A stretch of 64,000 nucleotides of DNA, taken from assembly GCF_963921235.1 (NCBI RefSeq), contig NC_086108.1, forward strand, positions 102,426,001 through 102,490,000, given 5' to 3'. The notes under the pieces are model-generated. The model worked only from the letters and a program-made list of their open reading frames with translations, was not told where the DNA came from and did not search any database. Made by a program: the position numbers and the translations under genes. This DNA comes from Mobula hypostoma (lineage: Eukaryota). Shown piece after piece: positions 24,190-38,061 of this stretch (the stretch's first letter is position 1; the number at the start of each line of letters is the position of its first letter).

Positions 24190-25245
24190 AAGAGACCATA
24201 AAACATTGGAGCAATATTTGACCGTTTAGCCCATTGAGTCTGCTCCGCCATTCCATTACAGCTGATCCCGGATCCCAGTCAACCCTATACACCTGCCCTC
24301 TCGCCATATCCTTTGATGCCCTGGCCTGACCGATTAGGAAATGATTAACTTCCGCCTTAAATATATGCACAGTCTTAGCATCGAACGCAGTCCGTGGAAG
24401 GGAGTTCCACAGATTCACCACTCTCTGGCTAAAAGAATTCCTCCTTACCTCTGTTCTAAAAGCACACCCATCCACTACATAATGTACCGGGTGGGCACAG
24501 GAGTACATTCAGCCAGAGACTCATTCCTCCGAGATGCAGCACAGAGCGTCAAAGGAAGTCATTCCTGCCTGTGGCCATCAAACTTTACAACTCCTCCCTT
24601 GGAGGGTCAGACACCTTGAGCCAATAGGCTGGTCCTGGACTTATTTCATAATTTACATATTACTATTTAACTATTTTTCTATTACTATTTATTATTTATG
24701 GTGCAACTGTAACGAAAACGTATTTCCCCCGGATCAATAAAGTATGACTATGACTATCAATTTTGAGGCTATGCACTCTCATTCTGGATTACCCCCCCCC
24801 ACCCCCACCGCCAGAGGAAACATCCTCTCCACATCCACCTTATCTAGTCCTTTCAACATTAGATAGGTTTCAACGAGATCCCCCTGCATTCTTCTAAATT
24901 CCAGTGAGTACAGACCCAAAGCTGCCAAACGCTCCTCATACGTCAACACCTTCATCCTCGCCAGAATTTTACAACGCTTGCTTGCAGCTTCTTTCGGTCC
25001 TGTGCAGTACCCCCAGTCCCCCCTCCCATACCAGACAGTGATGCAGCCTGTCAGAATGTAGCCCTCCACCTATCTCCGTTTCAATGGCAAACTTTGCCAC
25101 AAAGTCATCAATTCCATTATCCAGATCATTGACAAACATTGTGAAAAGTAGCGGTCCCAATACTGACCCCTGAGGAACATCACTAGTCACCGGCAGCGAA
25201 CCAGTAAAGACCCCCTTAATTCCCATCCGCTGCGTCCTGCCTGTC
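24190..25245 (-). mobile_element. CR1/L2-group LINE 3' fragments (mosaic)
   Basis: VPQGSVLGPLLF..FVNDLD..VAKFA; YEERLAALGLYSLEFRRMQGDL; RRNSFSQRVVNLWNSLP. Confidence 0.75.
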
Positions 25246-25299
25246 GGCCTCTATCCATGCCAGTATCGCCATTGGATTTTTATCTTATTAAGCAGCCCG

Positions 25300-26110
25300 A
25301 GCAGGGACGGTGGGGTCTTGGTGATAGTAGCGAGATACCAGGTGAGAACAGCAAAGCCGATGTCCCCTTTGTTGCGCGCGGTTTTTCTTCCCCTATCCCA
25401 GACTGGAAGAGGCCTGAACTTGGTGCAAACCTGGGTAAGACCTTCCAGAAAGAGTATAAGGAAGCATTGAGAAGGACTAGTTCATCTGACTCGGAGGCAG
25501 TGGGGGTTGTGCCGCGGGTCCTCAGAATAATTTAGTGAGTCATGTGATGGGAGTCGGAATTTGATCCGACTGGCAGCGAGAGTGGCTAACAGCTATTAAC
25601 GGGAGGGGAGGGATCTGAGAGAGGAGTGGTAGGGTAGAGAGAGGGGGGGGAGGACACACACACAGAAACAGATCGAGTGGAGAGAAAGAGAAAGAAAGCA
25701 AGCCAGAACACTTGAAGTGTTCTGGTTCTCCAACATCCGCTATCCCCCGTGACCGCTTGGTCGGAATCTCCTTGCCACTGTGCCATCAAAGAGGGAGAGA
25801 GAAGAAGCTACTGAGTGCTGTGCAAGGGAGAGGAGAAATGTTCTGCGTTGGCAAGGTAACCTAGCTTGTGAACCGCTCACACTTGGCAAGAAGCGAGGGC
25901 GCTGCTGTCGGGTTCTCTCTCCGCTGCCTGTCCCCGCTTTGCGCTCGCCTCGACTCCCCGGCTGCTTCTCCGGCGCCTGTTGCTAGATCTTCTCGCTGTT
26001 GTCAGAGCCAGCAACAAGCGAGAGATCAGGAAAAGCGGGTACCGGGAGACGAGAGGCCTCGACCTATTCTGCCCGGTTTGAATTCTTTCAAAGAATCGTG
26101 TGTGTGTATG
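25300..26110 (+). promoter_or_regulatory. CpG/GC-rich non-repetitive island, putative promoter and first exon of an unidentified gene
   Basis: Visible CpG enrichment; TGAGTCATGTGA at 25536; GA-rich tracts; ATG TTC TGC GTT GGC AAG|gtaacc donor-like site at 25838-25861. Confidence 0.45.
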
Positions 26111-27179
26111 TGAGCGAGAGAAGGAGGGTTAGTTCTGCAATGGGGAGTGGTTGTATGTGTGAGAGATAGAGAGAGAGAATAGTTCTGTGTGGGGGTGGTG
26201 TGTGTGTGTGTGTGAGGGAGAGAAAGACAGAAGGGGGCTGGGGTGGCTGGAATGTCCGTGAAGGGGAGGAGGGGTGGCGAGAAGGAGAGATCATATGGTG
26301 CTGTGACGCTTGCTGAAGTTTTTTTTAATATGTCAACATCTGGTAGTAGTTAACTTTTCCGCTCAATCGTCCGCTCTTTAACTTTTCTTTTCCCTTTGCG
26401 CCGAAGTCCGAAGTTCTGACGGATTGTTCCTGTAGCTGCCGTGTAACGGGTTTCCACACAACACAGCAGGCCCTTCGGCCCACCGTGTCTGTACCGACCG
26501 TGACGCCAATCCAAACTAATCCCATCTGCCCATGATCCATAACTTTCCATTCCTTGTCTGTTCGTGTACCCGTTCTAAATGCTCTTTACGTTCTTATTGT
26601 ACCTGCTTTCACTATTTCAGCAGGCGCCAACCATTCTATGTATAAAAAAATGCCTTGTAAACCGGCTTTAAACTTTTCCCCGCTCTCCTTAAACAAATGA
26701 CCTCCATTACTTGACATTTCCACCCTGAGAAAAAAAGATTCTGACTGTCTACCCTATCTGCACCTCATAATTTTAGCTTCATTGAACTACACGCCTAAAC
26801 TGTGGAACTGAACACCTAAAACTATAAGGGATGCAGACTCATTTGACACTTAAACGCCAGCTCAAAACCTATTTATTTAACCACGCTTTTAACTAACATT
26901 TTTTGGTCTTTTATTTTCATGTTTATTTTTATTGTTGCCTTTTATTTTCATGTTTGTACTTTTATCCCATTATAAAGCACCTTGAGCTACATAATTGGTA
27001 TGAAAAGTGCTCAATAAATAAAATTATTATTATTAATTATATTGACTTCTATTGGCTGGTCCCTCAACCATGGACACCCTAAAGAAATCATTCCAACTTT
27101 GTCCAGCTTCTCCCTGGAGTGAATACTGTCCAATCCAGACAACAAACCTGTTCACTTAGAGTATTATGTCCCATTCTGT

Positions 27180-27650
27180 TTGCTTCATAAGAACAATGTG
27201 GAAGCTTTAGAGAGGGTGCAGAGGAGGTTTACCAGGATGCTGCTTGAATTGGAGAGCATCTCTTATGAGGATAGGTCAAGGAAACAAGGGGTCTTCTCTT
27301 TGATGCAAAGGAGGATGAGAGGTGACTTGATAGATGTGTGCAAGATGATAAGTATAGATCAAGTGGACAGTCGGAGACTCTTTCCCAGCTTAATACAAGG
27401 GGTCATAATTTTAAGGTGTTTAGAGGAAAATATAGAGTCAGAGGCAGGTTTTTTTGCACAGAGAGTGGTAGATGTGCCAGGGTGCTGGTAGAGGCAGATG
27501 CATTAGGAACATCTTTAGATAAACACATGGATGAAAGAATAAAGGAGGGCTATTTGGGAAGGAAGTGTTAGGTTGATCTTGGAGTAGGCTAAAAGGTTGA
27601 CACAACATTGTGCACTAAAGGGCCCATACCATGCTATACTGTTCTATGTT
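27180..27650 (+). mobile_element. CR1-type LINE 3' fragment
   Basis: ALERVQRRFTRML...RRMRGDLI; (gttctat) tail. Confidence 0.8.
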
Positions 27651-28504
27651 CTTTGAACCAAAACCTACTTAGTGCCTCAGGACTTGCGCCACTTGGTTCT
27701 GGAACAGTTACAACCCCTCAACCATTAGACTCTTGAGCCAGAGAGGATCATTTCATTCAACCTCACCTGCCCCATCACTGAAATGTCCCTACAACCTAGG
27801 GTCTCACTTTCAAGTCCTCTCCACCTCTTGTTCTCAATACTTTATTGTTTATTTATTTATAATTACTATTTCTTTCTTTTTGGATTTGCAGTTCGTTGTC
27901 GGTTGCACATTGGTTATCCACCCTGTTGGGTGTGGTCTTTCATTGATTCTTCCAAAGTTTTGGGATTTACTGAGTAGGCCTGCAAGAAAATGAATCTTAG
28001 GGTTGTACATGCTGACATATATGTATCTCGATAATAAATTTACTTTGAACTGTTAGAACTTTGATTTCCAGCATCTGCAGAATCTCTTGTGTTTGTCACA
28101 GTAGTGTACAAGGTGAAGCTGAAGGATGTGTATCACGGATGTGTGGCAGTGGACTGCCAGCTCAGCAGAGTGTGCATTGTGAGACTTGCCTTAAACTAAC
28201 AAGCCTCTCTCTCAGTTTCGTGCCTATTTGCACAACAGGCAATCATAAGGGAGCCATCCAGACTGTGTGATGTTCCGAGACAAGGTTTGGCTGGCCCACC
28301 CTTAACCATCTTTCAAGGGAGCGAGTAAAGAAGGTCATGCTGTGTGTTATCCGGAGGAGAAGATTTTCCTTTCCCACCAAGGTTGATAAAATGCAACAGT
28401 GTTCAAAGTCAATTTGTTATCAAAGTACACATATATATAATTAAGCAATAAATATCGAGAACATGAGATAGGGAGTCCCTAAAAATGAGTCCCTAGATTG
28501 TGGG

Positions 28505-28943
28505 CTACCACTAATGCCCCACCTCCCCCTTGTACCCCATCCGTTATTTATTTATATACACACCTTCTTTCTCTCACTCTCCTTTTTCTCCCTCTGTCCC
28601 TCTGACTATACCCCTTGCCCATCCTCTGGGTTTCCCCCCCCCCTTTTCCTTCTCCCTGGGCCTCCTGTCCCCTGATCCTCTCATATCCCCTTTGCCAATC
28701 ACCTGTCCAGCTCTTGGCTCCATCCCTCCCCCTCCTGTCTTCTCCTATCATTTTGGATCTCCCCCTCCCCCTCCCACTTTCAAATCTCTTACTAGCTCTT
28801 CCTTCAGTTAGTCCTGACGAAGGATCTCGGCCCGAAACGTCGACTGTACCTCTTCCTAGAGATGCTGCCTGGCCTGCTGCGTTCACCAGCAACTTTGATG
28901 TGTGTTGCTTGGATTTCCAGCATCTGCAGAATTCCTCGTGTTT
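28505..28943 (+). mobile_element. Penelope-like 3' end with hammerhead motif (28810-28845)
   Basis: Matches 23620-24057; agtc-CTGACGA...GAAAC-GTC-gact. Confidence 0.8.
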
Positions 28944-29506
28944 ACCCTAGATTGTGGGAACAGTTCAGTGTTGGGGTAAGCGAAGTTATCCGCTTTGTTC
29001 ATGGCCCTGATGTGGAAGGGTAGCAGCTGTTCCTGAACATGGTGGTATGGGTCCTGAGGCTTCTGTACCTCCATGATGGCAGCAGCGAGGAGAGACCATA
29101 GCTTGGATGGTGCAGGTTGTTGATTGAGGATGCTGCTTGCCTGCAACAGCACTCTGTGTAGATGTATTCAGTGGTGGGGAGGGCCTTACCCATAATGGAC
29201 CGGGCCATATCCACTACATTTTGTAGACTTTTCCATTCAAGAGTATTGGTGTTTCTATGGGAATAAATTGGTCATTTTCAGATTGATTGTTATAGTGGGG
29301 AATATTAGGTATTGATATTGGAATTGTATTTTTTATTGTCATAAGTGAAAAGTTTGTCTTACATATTGTTCATACGGATCGATCATTACGCAGTGCATTG
29401 AGCCAGAACAAGGTAAAACGATAACAACGCAGAATAAAGTGTAGCAGCTACAGAGAAAGTGCAGTACAGGAAGACTATAAGGGGCAAGATCGAAACGATG
29501 TAGATT

Positions 29507-29775
29507 GGGGTGGCATGGTATAGTAGTGGTTGGCACAACACTTTACAACACCAGTGACCCGGGTTCAATTCCCGCCCGTCTGTAGGGAGTTTGTACGTTC
29601 TCCTGCTGACCGTGTGGGTTTTCTCTGGGTACTCCGGTTTCCTCCCACAGTCCAAAGATGTACAGTTGGTAGGTTAGTTGGTCTTTGTAAGTTGTTGTGT
29701 GATTAGGCTGGGATTAAAACGGGTTGCTGTGTGGCACAAATCCAAGGGTCAGTTGTTTCTCTGCAAGTAAATAAA
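29507..29775 (+). mobile_element. tRNA-derived SINE (V-SINE/HE1-like)
   Basis: A-box-like tggtatagtagtgg and B-box ggttcaattcc followed by the gtgggtttt...ccggtttcctcccacagtccaaag core; related copies at ~33143, ~33965 and ~44160 (minus). Confidence 0.7.
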
Positions 29776-29803
29776 TTGTGAGATCAAGAGTCAATCTTAT
29801 CTT

Positions 29804-30548
29804 CACAAACATGAAGAAATCTGCAGATGCTGGAATTTCAAGCAACACACACAAAAAATGCTGGTGAACGCAGCAGGCCAGGCAGCATCTCTAGGAAGAG
29901 GTACAGTCGACGTTTCAGGCCGAGACCCTTTGTCAGGACTAACTGAAAGAAGAGCTAGTAAGAGATTTGAAAGTGGGAGGGGGAGGGGGAGATCCGAAAT
30001 GATAGGAGAAGACAGGAGGGGGAGGGATGGAGCCAAAAGCTGGACAGTTGATCGGCAAAAGGGATACAAGGTTGGAGAAGGGAGAGGATCATGGGATGGG
30101 AGGCTTAGGGAGAAAGAAAGGGGGAGGGGAGAAGCCCAGAGGATGGGCAAGGAGTATAGTGAGAGGGACAGAGGGAGAAAAAGGAGAGAGAGAGAGAAAA
30201 ATTAATAATAAATAAATAAATAAATAAATAAGGGATGGGGTACGAAGGGGAGGTGGGGCATTAGCGGAAGTTGGAGAAGTCGATGTTCATGCCGTCAGGT
30301 TGGAGGCTACCCAGACGGAATATAAGGTGTTGTTCCTCCAACCTGAGTGTGGCTTCATCTTGACAGTAGAGGAGGCCGTGGATAGACATATCAGAATGGG
30401 AATGGGAAATGGAATTAAAATGTGTGGCCACTGGGAGATCCTGCTTTCTCTGGTGGACAGAGCATAGGTGTTCAGCAACCCAGTCTCCCAGTCTGCATCA
30501 GGTCTCACCAATATATAGAAGGCCACATCGGGAGCACCGGACGCAGTG
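29804..30548 (-). mobile_element. Penelope-like element GIY-YIG + 3' end
   Basis: Reverse complement of ~23335-24057. Confidence 0.85.
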
Positions 30549-31694
30549 TGCAAGAGGTTTGGTCAGGTGCCTGATAACAATGGGCCTGAAGCTGTCCTTG
30601 ATCCTGGTGGTACGTGTTCTCACGCTTTTGTATCTTCTCCCCGATGGGAGGAGTGGAGAAGAGAGAATGTCTGGGATGGGTGGGGTTTTTAATTATGTTG
30701 TCCCTGTCCCTCTGCTCTTTGCTCAAGGTGGAACAAAGATAGGCGGGAGTCATAGGGAGCCGGTGGGGCAACAGCCAACAGGGTCTCCTAGTGCAGGGCA
30801 TTAAATGAGTCTATGAGACCAGCTTGCCTTCTAAGCCTGCCCTACCTCATGGGGTGTCTCTAAAATGTGTGGGGATTTATTCAAAAGTAGAAGGGGCCTG
30901 TACAGTCCTCCACTTGCAGCAAAGCCAAGCACAGGTAATCAGGGGATGTGGTCACAAGGCAGGGCCCACCAACATCTGGCCCTTTGGCCCATCTCTCCGA
31001 AGCAGGACTGGCATACAGAAGGTGATAGAGGGTTGAATCATTCTGCAAATGGCAGTTTAAAACCTGACATTGATAGATTTTAAGGCACTGGGGGATAGGG
31101 GATGAGTAATCAGCCACAATCAGACTTGAGTCTGCCGTGTTCCCTAAAGTAAAATATTGCGAGTGTTGGAACGGCAAAATAAAATTTGAAAAAATCTGGA
31201 TTCCCAGCCACAGACAGTCAGCTGCTGTAGAGCCGATGTCTCAGCGAGGTGATCTTGCACTTGGATTAGAAGAGTTTGAGATTTTAACAAAAGGGAGGTA
31301 GAGAGGGCCAGCAAAAGATCAAGAGGAAGTGGACAGTGATGTGGGAAGGCAGAAAAGGGGTTAACCAAACAGAGAGTCGAAGGTGCAAGACCAGAATGGG
31401 ATTGAAAACAACAGAAGGAGATCTGGATTAAATTTAAGTGGTTGACGATTGTCAGCATCAGGTTTATTATCATTGATTCATGATGTGTAATTTGGTGTTT
31501 TATGGCAGCAGTATAGTGTGGGAATATAAAAAAAACTATGCTACAACAAAAATTAATTAATTAATTAATTAATAGTGCAAAAAAAAAAGGGAACAGGTAG
31601 GTAGTGACACACAAAATGCTGGAAGAAATCAGCAGGTCTAGCAACATCTATCAGGAGGAATAAACAGTCGAAGTTTTGGATCTAGATTCTAGAC

Positions 31695-31765
31695 TAAGGG
31701 TTCCCAAACGGTTTCATGCCATAGCATTAGCTAAGGGTCCATAGACCCTAGGTTGGGAACCCCTG
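31695..31765. mobile_element. 71-bp hAT/Charlie-type MITE
   Basis: TIRs taagggttcccaaac / ggttgggaacccctg; 8-bp TSD ttctagac / ctttagac. Confidence 0.7.
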
Positions 31766-34700
31766 CTTTAGACCCTTCATCAGGACTATCTTGGCCCGAA
31801 ACATCGACTGTTTATTCCCTTCCTTAGATGTTGCCTGACCTGCTGAGTTCCTCCAGCACTGTTGCTCTGGATTTCCAGCATCTGCAGAATCCCTTGTGTT
31901 CATATTGAGGTAGTGATCATGGGTTCAGTAATGACTGTTTGGAAATCTGTTAGCAGAGGAGAAGAAGATGTTCTTAAACATTCCTATAAAGTAGAAGTAG
32001 GGGTTTCTGTTTCATGTTATTGAGTTAGTGTATGTTTTCAGTATGTTCCTGGTTGACCAGGACTAGATGGAAGGCAATGGTCTGCACAACCTGTTAATAG
32101 AGTCACATTTATGCTGCTTTGTATAGCAGGTTCTCAGGTGAGACTCAGGGTGAACAGGAAGTTTGTTTCTAGCCACACTCTGGTTATTTTGTAATCTGTG
32201 CTCGCAAAAGAATATTCTTAAAAGAGGCAGCTTCTATGGAGAGGAATAAACAGTCAACGCTATGATGAAGATCCTTCATCAGGACTGGAAAGGAAGGGGG
32301 CTGGGGGAAGAAGCCAGATTAAAAAGGTGGGGGTAGGAGAAGGAGTGCAAGCTGGAAGGTGACAGGTTAGACTAGGTGAGGGGGAATGATGTGAGAAGCT
32401 GGGAGGTGATCGGTGGAAAAGATGACGGGCTGGAGAAGAAGGAATCTGATAGGACAGGAGACCGGATCATGGGAGAAAAGGAAGGAGGAGCGGCACGAGG
32501 GAGAGATGATGGGCAGATGAGAGAAAAGGAAGGGGTAAGAGGGGAACCGGAAGGGTAAATTGAAAAAGAGATGGTAGGGGGGAGGAGTAATTACTAGAAG
32601 TTAAAACAACCAGTATTGGATGAAGTCACCCTCAGGTTGGAAGAGCAACACCTCATATTCTGTTTGGGTAGCGGATAACATGATGGCATGAACATTGATT
32701 TTTCTATCTTCCTGTAGTTTCTTCTCCATCCAACTTCTCTCTTTTTCAATTTTGAAGCAAAAACTTCCCTATTTTGAAGCAAAATGCGGGTGTTCCCCTC
32801 AGTATCTTGAACAATATTGATTCCTCCAGCAACACCTAGAAACAATTAACCAGCTGATTTCACTGTTTGCAAGAGCTTGCAATGTAGCTGTTAGCTCTAC
32901 TTTTTTATATAGAATACTGTGTGCACCAGGAAAGTATGTAATTAATGTACAGAACTTGTAAAAGGCACTATGTGAATAGATTTCTTAAATGGATAGCTCG
33001 TGCAGAGCTGGACAGCACAATGGGTCAAATGCACTCCTGTAATTGATAGTTTAAGCAAATTAATTAACCATCAACACAAGATGATGGAACATTTAGAATG
33101 GATGTTGCTGTAGTGCTTTCTGCTTAATGCCAATTGGTAGCAGGGGTGGTACCCTAACGTAACAGTTACTGCATCGTTTACAGTTCCAGTGGTCACTGGT
33201 CAGGTTCAGTTTCTGCCGCTGTCTGTCAGGAGTTTGTACATTCACCCTGTGATCTCGTGGGTTTCCTCCCTCAGTCCAAAGACGTACGGGTTGGGTTAGT
33301 GAGTTGTGGGCATGCTACACTGGCGCTAGAATCGTGGTGACACTTGTGGGCTGCCCAGTACAATCCTCACTGATTTGATTAGAAGCAAATGACGTGTTTC
33401 ACTGTAAGTTTCGATGTACACGTGATAAGTAAAGCTAATCTTTTGCATCTTTAGTTCCTCAGTGTCAAAAGTGCATTGGGGAGGACTGCCATCCAGGAGA
33501 AATGTGCATAAGAATCCAAAGAGGTCTTGAATGAATGATTTATACTGACCTCGAATGATTGAATATAACTTTAACACCACTATTGTCTTCATTGTAATAG
33601 ATGCTGTGCAGAACAGTGATTTGAGGAATGATTGATCACCTTAGGTGGTGATTAAAAATTCAAAAGTAGACTTCATCTTGATATTTGAGAGAAATACCCT
33701 AATCTACTATTTCAGCACAGATGCCTAATAATAATCTGCTAAAAACCCAGTACTTGAGTGGTATTAATTAATAATTCTATAATTGGCATTTTGGTGTTTT
33801 ATTGTAAGATCTTAAATATGGTAGGCCCTCGAGGTAGGTAAGACTGCCCTCTGCAGTTGAATGATAAACCACTGTTGCTAACTCTCTCAGGTCCATGGCA
33901 AAAAAAAATAGAAGAAATTCTTCCTTGATTATTTTATTTCTCTGTATAACTGCCAGCAGTGTACACCATGGTAGTCTACCGGTTAGCACAGCGCTATTAT
34001 ATCACAGGACTTTGGAGTTCAGAGTTCAATTCCGACATCGTCTCAAAGGAGTCTCTATGTGCTCCCTGTGGAATGCATGGGTTTCTCCATGTGCTTCGGT
34101 TTCTTCCCACAGGCCAAAGACATACCAGTTAGTAGGTAAATATTTCCATGGATGCTGCCTGGCTTGCTGAGTTTCTCCAGCGTTTTGTATCTAACAATAG
34201 GTTAACTTGTCATTGTAAATTGCCCCATGATTAGGCTAGGGTAAAGTCAGGGGTTGCTGGGTGGTGTGTCTTGAACAGCCAGAAGGCTTATTCCGCACTC
34301 TATTTCAATAAAATATAATTTACCAAAGCAGAGATTAAAAGGATTGTCATGTTCATGTTTAAAAAGCGAGTACGGTTGTGATCTGCTTTCAGTAAAAGTG
34401 CTGGGATTGCTGTGCAGTGGATCAGAACCTTATTATCCGCCAGTTCAGCCAGTTGATGAGTGACTTGTGATTTCCAAGGCTTCCTTTTGCAAAGAGAAGG
34501 TGTGGACTTCGCAAGAAGAGATTATGTCAGGTATTTGATCAGTGCTTAACGCGAACCAAGTACTTGACAGAGTGGATACAAAATTATTTTCTCTTGGGGG
34601 GAAGGAATGAGAGGGCGTAATCTTACAGTTAAATCTTGGTTTCTCAGATATGGAGTTCACTGGACTGAAAAGGTAGCAGTTAAATGACAGCAGAAAATTG

Positions 34701-37700
34701 AAAGCACAAGAGATTCCAGTGGGAATCCAGAGCAACACACAAAATGCTGGAGGAACTTAGCAAATCAAGCAACATCTTTGGAGGGGAATAAATAGTCAAC
34801 ATTCTAGTCTGAGACTTTACTGTCAGAATCAGAATTAGAATCAGGTTTAATATTACCGGCATATGTCGTGAAATTTGTTGTCTTTGTGGCAGCAGAGCAA
34901 TGCAATACATAATAGAGGAAAAAACTGAATTACTGTACGTATATTTGTATTAAATAGTTAAATTAATTAAGTAGTACAAAAAAACAGAAATGAAGAAAAG
35001 TAGTGAAGTAGTGTTCATGGATTCAATGTCTTTTCAGATATTGTATGGCAGTGAAAAAGAAGCTGTTCCTGAATTGATGAGTGTCTGCCTTCAGGCTTCT
35101 GTACTTCTTTCCTGATGATTGCAATGAGAACAAGGCATGTCCTGGGTGTTGGGGGTCCTTAATGATAGACATTGCTCCTTAAAGATATCGTGGATACTAC
35201 GGATGCTCGTGCCCATGATGGAGCTGACTAAGTTTACAACTCTCTGCAGCTTACTTTGATCCTGTGCAGTAGCTTCCCTCGCCTCCCCAGCCCTCAAATC
35301 AGACAGTGATGCAGTCCATTAGAATGCTCTCCACAGAAGTAATGATCGATAACTTTCACTTCAAATTACACATTATGCTGTGTTTTTTTTTCTTCAATCA
35401 GTGACTAAACAGATCAGATGACTGCTTTATAGTAGACTCCTGTTCAAGCTATAAGCACAGTCCTGAGTTTCCAGTGGCTTGTTACCAACTTGCTCTCAGT
35501 CTAACCTCTTCCCCAATCTCCCACATTCTTGTACTGCTGCTCACCATAAACTTAAGGAACCTCACCTCATACTCTGGCCAGGCACGCTACAACCCTCCAA
35601 ACTCAACTATTAATTCAGCTATTCCAGATAATCAGTCTGCTGATCCATTACACTTTTGCTTGGCCCATCATTTGCCCCCTTCTATAAAATGTAGAAGCAG
35701 TGGGTAACAATTGGTCAATTGTACCACACACAAAATACTGGAGGAACTTAGCAGGTCAGGCAACATCTATGGAAATGACGTGTCGGAGAGAGACCCTTCT
35801 TCAGGACTGAAAGAGAAGAGGGAAGACGCCAGAATAAAAAAGTGGAGGGAAGAAATGGAGGATAGCTTGAAGATGATAGGTGAGCTAAGTGGGTGGGAAA
35901 GGTAAAGGGCTTCAATGGAAGGAATCTGATAGGGGAGAAGAGTGGATCAAAGGAGAAAGGGAGGAAGAGGGGGATGCCTAGGGAAAGTGATAGGCAGCTG
36001 AGAAGAGGTAAGAGGCTAGAGTGGGGAATAGAAGAGGGGAGAGGGAAGGAATTTTTTTTTTACCAAAAGAAATCAATATTCATGCCATCAGGTTGGAGAA
36101 TACCCAGATGATATAAGGTGTTGCTCTGCCACCCCGAGGGTGTCCTCATCATGACACACGAGGAGGTCCATTGTACCTACCCACCTTTCATTAAGCTCAT
36201 GGCTAATCTTTTATTCACTTGAAGAGAACATTTTCAAAAGGCGATTCCTCAAGAAGGCGGCATCCATCGTGAAGGACCCTCACCATTCTGGACATGATCT
36301 CTTCTCATTACTACCATCAGGGAGGAGGTTCAGAGGCCCGAAGACACACACTGAATGATCTAGGAACAGCTTCCTCTCCTCCACCATCAGATTTCTGGAT
36401 GGTCCATGAACACTGCCTCACAATTTTGTTCTCTTTTTGAACTTCTTATTTACCTTTTTTAAATTCCTTAATTTTTTTTATGTATTGCACTATACTGCTG
36501 CCACAAAACAACAAGTTCCACCACCTGTGTTATGATAATAAACCTGATTCTTACTCTGATTACCTGGACTAACCCTATAATTCTTGATTCTCTTAATATC
36601 TAAAAATCTGTTGACATCTGATCTAGAGAAACAGAGTCGTGCATCACTAAAACTGGCCCTTCAGTCCAACTCGTCCATGTTGGCTCTGTTGCCCAGTGAG
36701 CTAGTCCCACCTGCCCTTATTTGGCCCATAGCCCTCTGAACTGAACTGAGGCCTTCATTGGTCAAGGTCAACTAGGATGTTTCGGCCTTGCTGTCTAGAT
36801 ACGCAAGCTTGAGTAGTGCAACATGGAGAGCAAGCTGTTGCCCGTCCAGAAAGCTCCCACTCTCCACACACCTGATGAACCCAGAGAAACAGCCGAGACC
36901 GATACGGTTTGGCACCAGCAGCGTCGCAGGAGTTGCCAGTCAGCATTGAACTCAACATAGGATTGCCTTTAGGACTGCAGCACGGGATTTTCCCCTCGGG
37001 GTTTACTCCCAAAGCCTTCCTAATAAGTGGATATGGCTGCAAGGCAGTGGATGTTTGAGATATTTCCTTCTCCTACATAAGCTGCCCCTTCTCCTGTCAG
37101 TAGAAATGGCTCTGTCAGGCTTAGTAACTAAGCCACATGTGAAGTTCAGGAGCTGGACTCACACGTCATTGGGAGCATTTAATAGGTAGAGTGAGCTTAT
37201 CCTCATTACCACCCCGTTTGTTATAATAACCGTAAGGGACCAGCCCTCTAAGCCTTTCCTATCCATGTACATACGTATCTAGATGCCTTGTAAATGTTAT
37301 GTGTCCTTTTCAGCCATTACTTAAAAGGTTAGCTTTATTTGTCACATGTACTTCAAAACATAAATGAAAATGTGTGGCTTCTGTGAAATCAGATCAGTAA
37401 GGATTGTGCTGGACAGTAAGTGTGGCTGTGCTTCGCACTGACCCTAACCCGTACATCTTTGGAATATGGTGGGAGTTGAACCCCGATCTTATTGCTGGTG
37501 CTGTCATAGCGCTACACTACTGTATATTTCTGGTAGAAGCCCAAGTAAAGGTATTATCAAAGTTCACACGTCACCATTTACTACCCTGCGATTCACTTTC
37601 TTGCAGGTATTTACAGTAAAATAAAGAAACACAACAGAATCCAGGAAAAAATTCATACACGAACACAAGACTGTTAAGCAACTAACATGCAAAAGAAGAC

Positions 37701-38061
37701 AAAACTGTGCAAATAAAAAAAACGAGAACATGAGTTGTAAAAGGGTTCTCGAAAGTGAGTCTGTAGGTTGTGTAACGAGTGCAGTGTTGAGGTGAATTAA
37801 GTTATTCATGTTGATTCAGGAGCCTTATAGTGTAGGGTAATAATTGTTCCTGAACCTGGTGGTGTGGGACCTAAGGTTTCTACACCTCCTGCCTGATGGT
37901 AGTAATGGGAAGAGAGAATGGCTGCATGGTAGGGTCTTTGACGATGGATGTTGCCTTTTGTGGCCCTGTTGTAGACATGCTCACTGAATGAGCTTTCGTG
38001 ATTGGTGGACTCTAAAGATGGCCATGTTCTGGGTGAAGTATTCTTCCTTTCCTGAATAATC

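Noticed and set aside
25704..25723. Glucocorticoid/androgen response element (AGAACA...TGTTCT)
   Set aside because: The half-sites are 7 nt apart rather than the required 3.
29507..29575. tRNA gene
   Set aside because: The A/B boxes lead directly into a repeated SINE body; no convincing cloverleaf.
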